Assembly: GCA_964291285.2 (NCBI GenBank) | Contig: OZ219785.1 | Span: 32,001 to 96,000, forward strand | DNA from: Alphaproteobacteria bacterium | Lineage (GTDB): Bacteria; Pseudomonadota; Alphaproteobacteria; Bin95 | Reading direction: 5' to 3' | Length of the DNA: 64,000 nucleotides | Shown here: positions 40,745 through 51,459 of the stretch, piece by piece | Numbering within the stretch: position 1 is the stretch's first letter | How the letters are laid out: every line of letters begins with the position of its first letter | The notes under the pieces: model-generated | The model's database searches: none | What the model saw: only the letters and a program-made list of their open reading frames with translations | What the model was told of the DNA's origin: nothing | Made by a program: the position numbers and the translations under genes

Positions 40745-42820
40745 TCAGCTCCAGTCGGAGACGCGGCCGCCGACGGCATTGGAGGGACGCGGCGTTGCTT
40801 TCAATTTCGAGCCGGCGTCCGGCGCACCGTCCCCGCTCTCCGGCGCCTTCGCGTCCGCCGTTTCGGGCACCGCCCCATCCGGCTGCGGATCGCCGGCCTC
40901 GCCCGGCAGGGGAAGCAGCGCCAACTCGCCCTGCCAGGCCGCGGGCTCCGGCGGCACGCCGGGCGCGTCGGGATCGTCGAAGGGGTGGGGCTCCTCGGTG
41001 TTTGGCGGCTCCGGGATCGCGATTTCGCCATTTGCGGGACGTGGAGCGGCGGACGCCTCACCCGGCTCTGCCCCCTCGTCCTCGCGCGCAACGAACCGCT
41101 CCGCCGCCTTCGGCCGGGCGATGTATTTCAGGCGGATGGAGGCGACCGGGAACGGGCCTGGGAACTTCAGATAGCCCTCCAGGTTGGCGAGGCGCATGAT
41201 CTCGGACGGCAGCGCCAGGGCGCGCAGCTCGCGGCGCGGCGTCAGCGACACCCCGTCGCGGATGGTGTTGGCGCCGTAGGAGAACCCTTCCGCCACTTCC
41301 TCGATCTCGCTGCGCCCGAGGCTGTCGGCCGACCATTGCGCGGTGTCCCGGTCGGGCGCGGCCAGCACCACCCGCGTGCCGCAAAGGCCGGATACGGTCT
41401 CCGCGCCGTTCCTTCCGTAAAGGTCGCGGAGCGCCGAAGCGACCTGGACCCCCAGCACGAAACAGCCGCCGAACTGGCGCGACTCGGCAAGGCCCGGCTG
41501 GAGGCTCGGTACCTGGTGGAGCGTGGGCAGCTCGTCGAGGATGACCCAGATGCGCCGCCCGTCGTCCTGGGCCAGCGACAGCATCGCGTTCACCGCGATC
41601 TCCAGCCAGGTGGAGATGAGCCCCCGCAGGCTGGCGTGCTGGTCGCCCCTGGACGTGAGGAACAGGAACCCGCCGCGCTTCTCGTCGGATATCCATTCCC
41701 GGATCGAGAAGGGCTCGCCCTCGTCCGGCAGGAACTCCAGCGCCGAGAGGTTGGCGGTCAGCATGGCGCGCACGCTGAGCGCCGTCTTCGGGTTCTCGGG
41801 ATCGACGATGGACTGCGCGACCGTGCCCTCCATCGCCTGGGCCAGCTCGGTCAACTCGGTCTTGAGCAGGCGGTCGACAAGGACCCGGTTCCGGGTCTCG
41901 CCCTTCTGGCGCAGCACCCCGGCGCCGTTGGCGAAGAGCTGGCGCGCCGCCGTCACCCAGAACGGGTCCACCGTGTCCTTCTGCTGCGGGATCAGCGCGG
42001 CGGCCATCATGTCGAAGTCGCGGGGATTGCGCGCCTCGTAGAAGGGCGACCAGCGCGGCGCGCGGGCATCGAGCGGGTTCAGAAGCACGTCGCGGTCGCG
42101 ATCGAAGAAGGCGGCCGTGTAGGAGCCCATCTTGTCGTAGAGGATGCAGCGCTCGCCGCGCGCGCGGATCTGGGCCACAAGGTCGGAGATCAGCACCGTC
42201 TTGCCGGAGCCCGTGGTGCCCGAGACGATGGTGTGCTGGGTCTCGGTGCGCTCCGGCCAGGGGATGCCGGCGATCGAGTAGGGGCGCAGCCGCTTGCCGC
42301 CCGGAAGCCTGGCGAGCGCGCGGTGATGGGCGGGCCTGACCCGCCGGCGCAGCTCCCCGGCCGTAACCATTTCCGCGCCCCTGATGCGCTTCTGCCGGCC
42401 CAGCTGCGCGCCCCGGAGCCAGAACGCGACAAGGAACAGCCCGATCAGACCCGCTCCGGACGCCGCGCCGAGCCCGGCGCTGGCGAACATCTGGTCCCGG
42501 ATCCGCTCCCGCGCGTTCATGGCCGGGACGGAGGCGGCGATGTCGCGGATGAAGAGCACGTGCCGCGTGCCATCGGCGAACCGCACCTCCTGGCCGGTCT
42601 CCGGGCTGTAGCCGAGCGCCAGCTGGACTTCGGCCAGCGTCACCATGCCGGCGGCGTACCACTCCGCGCCCGTGGTCCGGTGCCACAACGTCCAGGCCGG
42701 CACGGCGACGGTGGTGAAGGCCGCGAACAGCATGGCGGCCCGGAACAGCTGGCCCCACATGCGGATCGCGTGGAAGACGGTCTGGCCGCCCCTCAGCGTG
42801 CTGCCGCCGATGCCGCGCAT
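40745..42820 (-). CDS. traD: type IV coupling protein
   Basis: RGGQ N-terminus, 2 TM, GTTGSGKT, YDKMG, LDELP. Confidence 0.95.
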   Translation of the reverse strand: MRGIGGSTLRGGQTVFHAIRMWGQLFRAAMLFAAFTTVAVPAWTLWHRTTGAEWYAAGMVTLAEVQLALGYSPETGQEVRFADGTRHVLFIRDIAASVPAMNARERIRDQMFASAGLGAASGAGLIGLFLVAFWLRGAQLGRQKRIRGAEMVTAGELRRRVRPAHHRALARLPGGKRLRPYSIAGIPWPERTETQHTIVSGTTGSGKTVLISDLVAQIRARGERCILYDKMGSYTAAFFDRDRDVLLNPLDARAPRWSPFYEARNPRDFDMMAAALIPQQKDTVDPFWVTAARQLFANGAGVLRQKGETRNRVLVDRLLKTELTELAQAMEGTVAQSIVDPENPKTALSVRAMLTANLSALEFLPDEGEPFSIREWISDEKRGGFLFLTSRGDQHASLRGLISTWLEIAVNAMLSLAQDDGRRIWVILDELPTLHQVPSLQPGLAESRQFGGCFVLGVQVASALRDLYGRNGAETVSGLCGTRVVLAAPDRDTAQWSADSLGRSEIEEVAEGFSYGANTIRDGVSLTPRRELRALALPSEIMRLANLEGYLKFPGPFPVASIRLKYIARPKAAERFVAREDEGAEPGEASAAPRPANGEIAIPEPPNTEEPHPFDDPDAPGVPPEPAAWQGELALLPLPGEAGDPQPDGAVPETADAKAPESGDGAPDAGSKLKATPRPSNAVGGRVSDWS

Positions 42821-42937
42821 GGCCGGTCTCCTTCAGCTTGCGTGAATCGCCGCCGGGAGGCGGAGGGACGCGGGGTCCGGGCGAAGGGGAATGGGCCGGA
42901 GAGGGTCCGCTCGCCGATACCACCGGAGGCGATGACC

Positions 42938-43282
42938 ATGACGCGCACATCGAAGAGTCCCGACGCCGCCCGGCCGACCCGGCGCGAACGCGCCGTCGTG
43001 CTCGGCGGTTTCGCCGTCGCGGCGCTCGCTACCGCGCCTGCCATGCTGCTCGATGGCGGTCTGGAGGCCGCGGCCGCGCTCTGGCTCGCGGCGGCCGTTT
43101 GGGCGTTCATCGCGTCGCTGGCGCTGGCGCTGCGGCGCGGTCTCCGGGACTGCGACTGGAGCGCCTTCCGCCGCTCCGAACTGCCCGAGGACAAGGACAC
43201 GCTCAACTGGAGCCTGAGGAGCGGGAGCTATGCGTACATGCGCATTGCCGAGGAGAACGAGCGGCTGATGTGCGGCGACTGA
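42938..43282 (+). CDS. small 2-TM protein convergent on traG (entry-exclusion candidate)
   Basis: GGAGG RBS, two hydrophobic segments; the only plus-strand gene within the tra block. Confidence 0.6.
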   Translation: MTRTSKSPDAARPTRRERAVVLGGFAVAALATAPAMLLDGGLEAAAALWLAAAVWAFIASLALALRRGLRDCDWSAFRRSELPEDKDTLNWSLRSGSYAYMRIAEENERLMCGD

Positions 43283-43305
43283 GCCCGGGAATGCCGCCCT
43301 ACCGG

Positions 43306-46221
43306 TCACGGCGAGGAGGCTCCCCAGTCCTTTTCGTCCTGCCGCCGCCCGGTTTCCGCCGCACCGGGCGCGCCGTCGGGTGCGGCGTTCTGCGCCGATC
43401 CGAACAGCTTGCCGGCGAGCCAGTCGCCCACCACCGGCAGGTTCTCGGTAGCGTGCTGCGCGAACGGCTTGTTCGTCTCGACGGCGACGCCCGCGCGGCC
43501 CCCGGCGGCCTCGTCCCGCGTCACCGTCTGCCGCGCCTCGCGGGCCGCTCCCTTCATGGTCATGTCGGTCTTCGTCTCGACCCGCTCGGCCATCGCCGCC
43601 GCCCCGGTCTCGCCCGGAGCCGGCGCGCCCGCATCCTCCGCCCGGCCGCGCACGACCGCCGACCAGCCGGCATGGGCGGCAGCGGTCTCGCGGGCATAGC
43701 CGCCGCGCAGCGCGCCGACGGCGGCCTCGTATTCCGCCGCGCCGCCGACGGTGGACGGGTCCGGCCCGGCAGGCGCCGGATATTTCTCGTCGATGAACCG
43801 GGCGGCATATTCGCGGAGCTGCTCGGAGTCCTCCGCCGTTTGCGGCGAGGCGATGCGCATGGCGCCGGCCGCCCCGATCGCGCGCCCGTCCGTGCCCGGC
43901 TGCTCCGAGAGCCACGCGAAGAAGGGCTGGCCGAGCTCGCGCTCGATCGCCTGGGCGTCCGCGCGCACCTGGGCGGCCTGCTCGGACCAGCTCTCGGATT
44001 CCTGCCTTGCCAGCGAGGCGCGCTCCTGGAAGCTGCGCATGCGCGTCAGGTTGGCGCTCAGGCTCTCGTCGAGGCCCGCCGTCTCGCTGTCGCCCGTCTG
44101 GGTCGAGTAGCGCCTAGACGCATCGGCGACCTGGGACCAGGTCTCGGTCACGCCGTGCTGGCGGTCATACTCCTTCATCCGGTTCCAGGCGTCCTGCTCG
44201 ATGGTCTGGCCGCGCCACATCACCGAGCCGTCCGCCCTCGCCTTGACGAGGAAGTCCCAGCCGCCGCCGACGCTGGCCCGGCCGGTCAGCACCGCCGCCT
44301 GGTCCTTCGCGATCCCCGCAATCTCCGCGAGCCTTTCGTGATGCGTGTCCAGCGCCTGCGCCTGGCTCGACTCGCTCTCGGTCACGCCGCGCGCATAGGC
44401 CTCGCCCGTGCTGACATCGTGGGAGTAGCGGTCGATCATCGCGGTGGCGTCGGTGACGGCGGCATTCCTCGCCATGCCGGCCTCCGCCGACCAGTGGCGC
44501 GAGACGCCCCGGGCTTCCGCCGCGCGCTGTTCATGACTCGTGGCAAGCGATTCCGACAGCCTCACCCCGGCCGCCGGAATGCGGCTGGTGGCGGCGCCCG
44601 CGTCGGCCACCACGGTCCCGTCGCCGGTCACCGTCATAGCGGCGCCCATGGGCGCGTAGCCGGTGTAGCGGTCGCTGTCGACATGGGTGGAAGTGCGGAT
44701 CTGGCGGCCTTCCAGGGTCGCGAACCGGTGGGTGTCGTAACCCGTGTTGGCGAGCGAGAGGTTGCCGGTGGTGCCCTCGTGCGCGGCGGACGAGGCCGCA
44801 TCCTGGCCCACTGCCAGCACCGAGGTCGCGAGCACCGTCGCCTTGGAAAGCCCGTAGGCGAGCGCGGCGGCGAGAAACGGCACCGACATCGAGAGGTATC
44901 CCGACATCACCGCCACATCCGAGGCGACGGCCCTTATGCCCGCCTGCGCGACCAGCGAGATGCCGATGTCGCCGTCGGGCATGAGCGCCGCCGCCTGCAT
45001 CCTCTCGGCCGCCTCGCCCATGCTGATCCGGTGCAGCACCGCGTAGAGCGGGCCCCAGGACTGGAGCCAGATCAGCCCGGTGACGTAGGAGCGGAAGATC
45101 GCTGTGCCCGCCGGGGTCAGCATCAGCAGCACCGCCATAGGGAACGCCCCGATATAGAGGCACTCGAACACGATCCGCAGCAGCGGTACCCAGGTCTCCG
45201 CCTGCCTGCCGATCGCCCGGTAGGCGGAGACCGTCTGTGCCTCCGCCCGCGCCTCGGTGTAGGCGCGCAGCGCGGCGGCGTTGCCGGCCTCCGCCGCCCA
45301 TTGCTCGCCCGCGCCGTGGACCGCGTTCAGCACCATCTGCTGGCGCATGATCTCCGCCGCCGAGCGCGAGGCGCCGATGAGGAAGGTGTGGGAGGCCGGG
45401 AGCGCCGCCAGCAGCTCGGCCCGGGCAAGCGCGTCGCTGCGCGCGTCCGGGAAGATGCGCCTGCCGAAGATCGTCCCGGCGCGCTGAATCTCGGCGTTCC
45501 ACTGCGCATTCAGCCTGCCCGCCCCGTCGCGGCAGGTGACGACCTGGCGGTCCATCGTGGCGGCCCCGCCGGCGCCCGCCGCGCCGCGGGTCGCGAACTC
45601 GAACATGCGCGCGGGCGAGGCCCCGGCGGACGGCGTGCCGGTCGCCGTCACCAGCCGCCAGAGGTCGGTGGATTCGCGCAGATCGTCGGCCGTGACGTGG
45701 CCCAGCAGCAGCGCGTGGAACACGCACTGGCGGGCGTAGTTGCGGATGTTCCTCGCGAACACCGCGTCGGTGATCTCCAGCCGCGTCGCCTTGGCCGCAA
45801 GCCTCGCCCCGAAGATCAGCCCGTGCCTCTGGTAGACGAGGTCGTTCGGCAGCGCGAACGCCTGCTCGGTGAGCCGCGTGAGCCCGTCGCCGACCTGACT
45901 GGTGAGCGAGGCGAACAGCGCGAGCCCGATGGGGACGTTGGCGACCACCGCGGGCGCCAGGGTCGGATCGAGACGGTCCACCACCCTGACGGTCGCCTTC
46001 GGCACGATCATCGCGCCCCAGACGGCGGCGAACAGCAGCATCCACTTGGCGTTGTCCTTCCACGAGCCGCCGAAGGCGGTGCGGAACAGGACCCAGGCGA
46101 GGCCGGCGGCGCCGGCAATCTGGGCGAGCGTGATATAGGCGCCGCCCGAGGTAATGGCGGCGACCGCGTTCAGCAGGTCGACGAGATAGGCGCCGCCGCC
46201 AAGGGTGAAGAGCTCGTACAT
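43306..46221 (-). CDS. traG: F-type mating-pair stabilisation protein TraG
   Basis: MYELFTLGGG..LNAVAA, VANVPIGLA, WLQSWGPLYA; long polar C-terminus. Confidence 0.92.
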   Translation of the reverse strand: MYELFTLGGGAYLVDLLNAVAAITSGGAYITLAQIAGAAGLAWVLFRTAFGGSWKDNAKWMLLFAAVWGAMIVPKATVRVVDRLDPTLAPAVVANVPIGLALFASLTSQVGDGLTRLTEQAFALPNDLVYQRHGLIFGARLAAKATRLEITDAVFARNIRNYARQCVFHALLLGHVTADDLRESTDLWRLVTATGTPSAGASPARMFEFATRGAAGAGGAATMDRQVVTCRDGAGRLNAQWNAEIQRAGTIFGRRIFPDARSDALARAELLAALPASHTFLIGASRSAAEIMRQQMVLNAVHGAGEQWAAEAGNAAALRAYTEARAEAQTVSAYRAIGRQAETWVPLLRIVFECLYIGAFPMAVLLMLTPAGTAIFRSYVTGLIWLQSWGPLYAVLHRISMGEAAERMQAAALMPDGDIGISLVAQAGIRAVASDVAVMSGYLSMSVPFLAAALAYGLSKATVLATSVLAVGQDAASSAAHEGTTGNLSLANTGYDTHRFATLEGRQIRTSTHVDSDRYTGYAPMGAAMTVTGDGTVVADAGAATSRIPAAGVRLSESLATSHEQRAAEARGVSRHWSAEAGMARNAAVTDATAMIDRYSHDVSTGEAYARGVTESESSQAQALDTHHERLAEIAGIAKDQAAVLTGRASVGGGWDFLVKARADGSVMWRGQTIEQDAWNRMKEYDRQHGVTETWSQVADASRRYSTQTGDSETAGLDESLSANLTRMRSFQERASLARQESESWSEQAAQVRADAQAIERELGQPFFAWLSEQPGTDGRAIGAAGAMRIASPQTAEDSEQLREYAARFIDEKYPAPAGPDPSTVGGAAEYEAAVGALRGGYARETAAAHAGWSAVVRGRAEDAGAPAPGETGAAAMAERVETKTDMTMKGAAREARQTVTRDEAAGGRAGVAVETNKPFAQHATENLPVVGDWLAGKLFGSAQNAAPDGAPGAAETGRRQDEKDWGASSP

Positions 46222-46235
46222 ATTATATAAGGGAC

Positions 46236-47663
46236 CTACCGCGACCCGGCCCCGGCGCCGCCGCGCGCGAACGCCAGCGCGGCGCGCAGATCGGCCGAGA
46301 GCGCGCCCGCGAGCTCGGTCTCGATCAGGCGCAGCTTCTCGACCACGGCGAGCGCGGTATTGAGGCGCTGGAGCCCCTGGTGGCGGTGCCGCGCGAGCGC
46401 AATCCGGTTGGTCCTGAGCCCCTCGCGCCAGCGCTTGAGCTGCTCGCCGTCGGCGATATCCAGCGTGCCGGCCCTTTCCTCGACCGTGCGGTGCAGGTCG
46501 GTGATCCAGACCTGCATGACATCGAGCGCGACGGCCTCGGCGAGCGCGTCCATCTCCTGGTCGATCACCGCGCCCCGGTAGGCCGCCGCCGTGTTGGCGA
46601 CCCGGTAGACCGGCAGCGTGGTGAGGTTGACCAGCCCCAGGGCCGGCGCGGGCACGGCGGTGTCGTTGCGCACCGCGTCGACCATGTCGCGCAGCAGTTC
46701 CGCCACCCGCGCCCGGAAGCCCCGGTTGGGCGGCACGGTCGCCGTGCCCAGCGCCGGGTTGAGGCAGTCGGCGTTCGTGTCGCAGCGGTAGACCGGGAGC
46801 TGGCCGCCGCCCTCCATCAGGGTCTCGGTGACGCGGCGGTCGAGCGCCAGCGGCTCCAGGATGCGCACCCTGGGCCCGGACGTATCGCCGTCGGAGGTGG
46901 GCGCCGTGACGATCACCGTGCCGGTGACCGCCATGGCGAACTCGGCGAGCTGGGTGTCGCCGGACAGGAACGAGGACGCCCGGATCGCCTTCCAGGCGTA
47001 GTTGACGTTGACCGGCACCTGGTCCGCCATCGCGCCCGAGGCGGCCGCCAGGGTCGAGTTGCGCTTGCCGTCGGCGCCGCAGCCGTGCTTCGCGGCGGCA
47101 TAGTCGGAGAAGATGCCCTGCGACGTGCCGATCGCCGCGCAGATCGACGCGCTCGCCCGGTCGTTCTTCGACCATGCGGCGCCGACCAGCGCCTGCGCGG
47201 TCTCGCAGCTGTTGAGGTTCTGCGCGTTCACCCACTGCGCCAGCGCCCTGAGCTTGGCCATGGTCTCCGCGATCACCGGCGAGATGGTCTCCAGCGCGAG
47301 CTCGAAGGCGAAGCCCGCCGCGTTCTGCGCCACCGCCCTGCCGAAGGCGATCAGCTGGTCGGAGTTGATGAACGAGAAGGCGCCGGCGAAGGCGTCGATC
47401 CCGCCGCAGCCGGCCCGGAAGGAGGGCAGGTTGACCGTCGCGACCTGCTCGGAGCGCACGGGCGACCTCAGATAGAGGTTGCCGAGCGTCCAGTGGCCGG
47501 AGGCCTGGCCCTGGAAGGCGGTCGGCCCCGTGGTGTTGACCGCCGCGCCCTGCCAGAAGCGGTTCATCTCCGAGAGCACGTCGGCGGACGCCGGTGCGGC
47601 CGCGATGATCGACGCCGCGAGCGCCAATGCCGGAACCGAATATCTGCGCAACTCAGTAATCAT
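46236..47663 (-). CDS. traH: F-type pilus assembly protein TraH
   Basis: AGCGGIDAFAGAFSFIN, NSCETA. Confidence 0.94.
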   Translation of the reverse strand: MITELRRYSVPALALAASIIAAAPASADVLSEMNRFWQGAAVNTTGPTAFQGQASGHWTLGNLYLRSPVRSEQVATVNLPSFRAGCGGIDAFAGAFSFINSDQLIAFGRAVAQNAAGFAFELALETISPVIAETMAKLRALAQWVNAQNLNSCETAQALVGAAWSKNDRASASICAAIGTSQGIFSDYAAAKHGCGADGKRNSTLAAASGAMADQVPVNVNYAWKAIRASSFLSGDTQLAEFAMAVTGTVIVTAPTSDGDTSGPRVRILEPLALDRRVTETLMEGGGQLPVYRCDTNADCLNPALGTATVPPNRGFRARVAELLRDMVDAVRNDTAVPAPALGLVNLTTLPVYRVANTAAAYRGAVIDQEMDALAEAVALDVMQVWITDLHRTVEERAGTLDIADGEQLKRWREGLRTNRIALARHRHQGLQRLNTALAVVEKLRLIETELAGALSADLRAALAFARGGAGAGSR

Positions 47664-48489
47664 GTCCTGGCTCCAGGGCGGTGAGAGCGAAGATCCGCTC
47701 GGCCATCTCGTCCTCGGCCATCACGCCGAAGCCGACCGGCAGGACACGCTTCGTCTCGCTGTCGAACAGCACCAGGGCGGGGACCGGCGCATCGCCGAGG
47801 CCGAGCCGGGCCGCGCGGCCGTTATCCGGCACCGCCTCGGGCCATCCCTCCAGCGCCTCGCCGCTGAGCGACACCGCGAGCACGTCAAGGCGGTGGCGCA
47901 TGGCGAAGGCGCGCAGCAGCGGGCCGAACACCCGGCACGCCGGGCAGCCCGCATGGCCGAGATAGATCAGCCCGTAACGCTCCCCGAGCCGGGCCAGTGC
48001 TGCGTCGCGGGCCTGCCGCCGTTCGTCGGACCAGACCTGTTTCGCCAGCGCGCCCACAGGGCGCTTCAGCGTGTAGTCGAGTTCCGGCGTCGCCCAGACC
48101 GTGCGCCGGAACGCGTCGGAGAACGCGGCCGCCCGTTGCAGGGTCTCCTGCTGGAGGCGCAGATAGGCGGTGACGTTGGCCGGCGTCGGATCGAGGATCG
48201 CCGCCGCGCGAGCCTCCTCCAGCGCCTTGCGCATCGCCTCGATGCGAGCCGTAGCGGAATGTTCGTTGCCGGCAGGGGGCGGCGTTGGCGGCACGAGCGC
48301 AGGTTGCGCCTCTTGCGGCTCCACCTCCTGCCGGTCGCAGTAGAAGTGCCAGCCGAGCGAAGCGCCGGAACCCTCATTGGCGCACCACGGACGCCATTCC
48401 GTCGCCACGGCAGCCTGGGCGGCCAACGCCGTCCACACGACCGCCCCGGCGAGAACGCGTTTCAGCGCCCGTATGACAGCGCGCATCAT
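47653..48489 (-). CDS. traF: F-type TraF (thioredoxin-like)
   Basis: GWHFYC, AILDPT..N, CPAC, VPAL. Confidence 0.9.
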   Translation of the reverse strand: MMRAVIRALKRVLAGAVVWTALAAQAAVATEWRPWCANEGSGASLGWHFYCDRQEVEPQEAQPALVPPTPPPAGNEHSATARIEAMRKALEEARAAAILDPTPANVTAYLRLQQETLQRAAAFSDAFRRTVWATPELDYTLKRPVGALAKQVWSDERRQARDAALARLGERYGLIYLGHAGCPACRVFGPLLRAFAMRHRLDVLAVSLSGEALEGWPEAVPDNGRAARLGLGDAPVPALVLFDSETKRVLPVGFGVMAEDEMAERIFALTALEPGHDY

Positions 48490-49634
48490 TACTGCCCTCG
48501 CCGGTAGAAGTCGCGGATACGCGTGCGCATGACCGCCCCCGTGTCGCCCGCGTCGGGCAGCGACACCGACGGTTCGCGGGAGCCGTCCATCAGGTCCTCG
48601 GTGAACTCGGAAAGATCGAGGCTGGCGAAGTCGATCCCCTCGATCTCCGCGACCGTAAGGCCCCGGCAGCTCGACCAGCCGATGCCGAGCTGGCGGCGGC
48701 CCTGCTGCTGCAAGATGCGCCCGAGCTTGGAGCCGAACACGCACCAGGCCCGCGAATGGCGGATGCAGATGCCGAACAGGGTCTTCTTCGAACAGTAGCG
48801 ACCGAGATAGTGGGTGTTGCCGGCGTTGCGTTCCTCCGCCAGCTCGATTTCCGAGGCCGAGCAGTTGGCGAGACCGACCAGGGCGCCTGAGTTCTTGCAG
48901 CAGTTGGCCAGCCCGAACAGCTTGATGTGGCAGGCCCGGCGCGTTCCCTTGAAGAAGCGCATGTCCTGGCGGTCGAACTCGTCGCCGCCCAGCTCCAGCG
49001 CCATGTTGAGCCGCGTCGTTGCGTTCACGAACCCGGTGTTCGATTGCGAGGGAACGGTCTCGCAGCCGGCGCCGACGCAGTAGCGCACCGAGCCGCAGGA
49101 GCCCCCGGACTGCGCGTCCCGAAGCCCGGCGTTGCAGTTCCTGGCGCCGCCCGAGGCGAGGCCGTCCGCGCGGTGAACGGACGAGTGCGGCGAGGCCGAG
49201 ACGGTCTCCGAGCGCCGCACCATCGGATCGCTTGCCGGCACGTTCGCGGCGGGCCGGCTCGTCGTCCCCCGGACCACCGCGCGTCCGGCGGCGCCGCCCG
49301 GGTCGCCCGGGTCGGCAAGGCGCGCGCGGGCCGCGTCTTCCATGCCGGAGGCCGTCAGGTTCCGTTCGGGCACCTCCGTTCCCGCGTAGCCCGGCACCTT
49401 GCCCGCGCTCGCGGCGTCACGCGCGATCGCGCCCGCCGCGGCAGCGCCGGAACTGCCGATGGCGCGCGCCGCGGCCTTCGGGTCCTCTGCCCGCGCCGCC
49501 ATGCCGGAGACCACCCAAAGCGTCAGGCAGACCAGCGCGAACATCGCCGTCCAGGTCAGCAGCCGCACGATCCGGGTCGCACGGTCGATCGCGACCGCGA
49601 TGCGGTCTTCCGAATGTTCGGTCGGTTCCGTCAT
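48489..49634 (-). CDS. traN: F-type TraN (short form)
   Basis: NCC, YLGRYC, CVFGSKLGRILQQQG, CRGLT, IDF.LDLSEF. Confidence 0.88.
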   Translation of the reverse strand: MTEPTEHSEDRIAVAIDRATRIVRLLTWTAMFALVCLTLWVVSGMAARAEDPKAAARAIGSSGAAAAGAIARDAASAGKVPGYAGTEVPERNLTASGMEDAARARLADPGDPGGAAGRAVVRGTTSRPAANVPASDPMVRRSETVSASPHSSVHRADGLASGGARNCNAGLRDAQSGGSCGSVRYCVGAGCETVPSQSNTGFVNATTRLNMALELGGDEFDRQDMRFFKGTRRACHIKLFGLANCCKNSGALVGLANCSASEIELAEERNAGNTHYLGRYCSKKTLFGICIRHSRAWCVFGSKLGRILQQQGRRQLGIGWSSCRGLTVAEIEGIDFASLDLSEFTEDLMDGSREPSVSLPDAGDTGAVMRTRIRDFYRRGQ

Positions 49635-50413
49635 TGCCGGTCATCTCCCGTCAGGCGTTCGAGGAGGGCTTGCGCGACCTCACGCCCGGCCTCGCCTTCG
49701 CCGGCGACGGCCTCCAGTGCGGTTGTGAGCCCGATGTTTCCCGTAACGCGGTCATGGGGCGGCGCGGGATCGTCCGCACAGCCCCGGCTCCGGCAGGGCG
49801 GCACGCCGCCCGGCACGACCACCACGGCGGGCACCCGCTCGATTCTGAACAGGCGGAACAGGCGCGGGTCGACGGCGACCCCAGCCTCCGCGCCGCCGAG
49901 GCGGTCGCCGATTTCCTTGGCGGTCGCTGGCAGTCCGTCTTCCGACACGCCGCGCAGCACCAACGGGATCCCGATGCTGGCCGCCTCACGCGCCCATTGC
50001 CGCCACGATGCCGCCGGCACCGAAAGGCTGGTGAAGATCAGGATTTCGGCCGTGCCGGCGCGTCCGGCTGCGCCTCGTATAATTCCCGCCGCATGACGTT
50101 CGGCCGGGAGCGGATCGGCGGACCGTCCCGGCGATCCGGGAGCCTGCCCCGGGCGTGATCCGGGAACGGTCTGCCTGGCGGCCGACCCGGCGCGGCCCAG
50201 AGCGCGCTCAATCACGCCGCGCGTCCACTCGCCGAGCGGCTCCCCGTCATTGCCGTCGGCCTTGCGAAGCACGTCCTCGACCAGCCGCGCCGCGTCCTCA
50301 TCCGGGGTCGATACACGCGACAATTCATCTGCCTGCACCGACCCGAACCAGCACGCCGCCAGTAGCAGGGCGATCAGAAACAGGACTGTCGGGGCTTGCC
50401 GGAGACTGCGCAT
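49631..50413 (-). CDS. trbC: F-type pilin assembly protein TrbC
   Basis: FTSLSVP, LVLRG, VDPRLF..F.IERVPA, GNI..ALE. Confidence 0.88.
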   Translation of the reverse strand: MRSLRQAPTVLFLIALLLAACWFGSVQADELSRVSTPDEDAARLVEDVLRKADGNDGEPLGEWTRGVIERALGRAGSAARQTVPGSRPGQAPGSPGRSADPLPAERHAAGIIRGAAGRAGTAEILIFTSLSVPAASWRQWAREAASIGIPLVLRGVSEDGLPATAKEIGDRLGGAEAGVAVDPRLFRLFRIERVPAVVVVPGGVPPCRSRGCADDPAPPHDRVTGNIGLTTALEAVAGEGEAGREVAQALLERLTGDDRQ

Positions 50414-50457
50414 CGGGTTATCCTTACAGTGGAAATTGTCATGATTTATCAATAGGT

Positions 50458-51459
50458 TCAGAGCAAACAACAGTTGCGCTTGCGCCACAGCAGGTATCCG
50501 AAGTTCTCGCCCGCGACCGGCAGTTCGCGCAGGGTTTCCCACAAGACCGAGGAGCGTCCGGTCGGGTTGCAGCCGGTGAACGGGTCGACGGCCGGCACCG
50601 GCTGGGTCATCTGCCAGCGGTACTGCGATTTCTGCATGATCGGCATCGGATAGCGCCCGCAGAGCGCGCCGGAGCCGAACGTGCCCCAGGCCAGCCCGGC
50701 GCGGTGCAGCCGGTAGAGCAGGCGCTGGGACGCCAGCAGAGAGGCCTGCACCCCGCCGACATGCGCCGCGACGTTGCCGGTCAGCGGATACATCCCGCCC
50801 TGGCAGCCCGCGCACCAGAACATCGGATCGAGCGGCAATCCCACGGAGGACGCGGCGCAGTCGGCGGCGCACGCCGCCTGGGCCGGCAGGTTGGCGAACA
50901 GGGCCGCCTCCGGGTTGAGCAGGAAGCTGAGCTCGTCGTCGAGCCAGGCCGGGTCGAGTTCCGAGGCCCAGGCGATATCGAGGCCGCCGCCCTCCAGGCA
51001 GCCGAGATCGAGCAGCACCCCGATCCAGGAGAGCAGCGGATACATGTAGTAATGCGCGTGCCAGACCGAGCCCTTGGCGCCGTCGCCGCCGGCCGCCCCG
51101 GTGCGTCCGCGCCCGGCCGGCAGGCCGGGATTTATCGTGAGGCCGCCGAGATTGGGGAAGCACCAGGGCGCCCGCGTCGCGTCGACCAGCCTGGCCGGCT
51201 CCCAGACCCCGAGCGAGAGGCCGATGCGCGGGATTGGCGAGCCGCAGAGGCAGATCGGCGATGACGGGTTCGGCGTGTCCAGCACGCCGGAAACGCTGCC
51301 GATAGTGATCGGCCCGATCGAGATCGGGAAGATGCACTCCCAGCAGACGTCCGAGATCGGATTGACGAACCGCCCGGTGCAGGCCTGCGCCAACGCCGCG
51401 CCGGACCAGAGCACGGCCGCAAGGGCGAACGCCGCCGGAGTGCCAAACCGGCGAATCAT
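50458..51459 (-). CDS. traU: F-type TraU
   Basis: CTGRFVNPISDVCWECIFP, WEP, SELDP, WCAGCQG, WRKRNCC. Confidence 0.95.
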   Translation of the reverse strand: MIRRFGTPAAFALAAVLWSGAALAQACTGRFVNPISDVCWECIFPISIGPITIGSVSGVLDTPNPSSPICLCGSPIPRIGLSLGVWEPARLVDATRAPWCFPNLGGLTINPGLPAGRGRTGAAGGDGAKGSVWHAHYYMYPLLSWIGVLLDLGCLEGGGLDIAWASELDPAWLDDELSFLLNPEAALFANLPAQAACAADCAASSVGLPLDPMFWCAGCQGGMYPLTGNVAAHVGGVQASLLASQRLLYRLHRAGLAWGTFGSGALCGRYPMPIMQKSQYRWQMTQPVPAVDPFTGCNPTGRSSVLWETLRELPVAGENFGYLLWRKRNCCLL

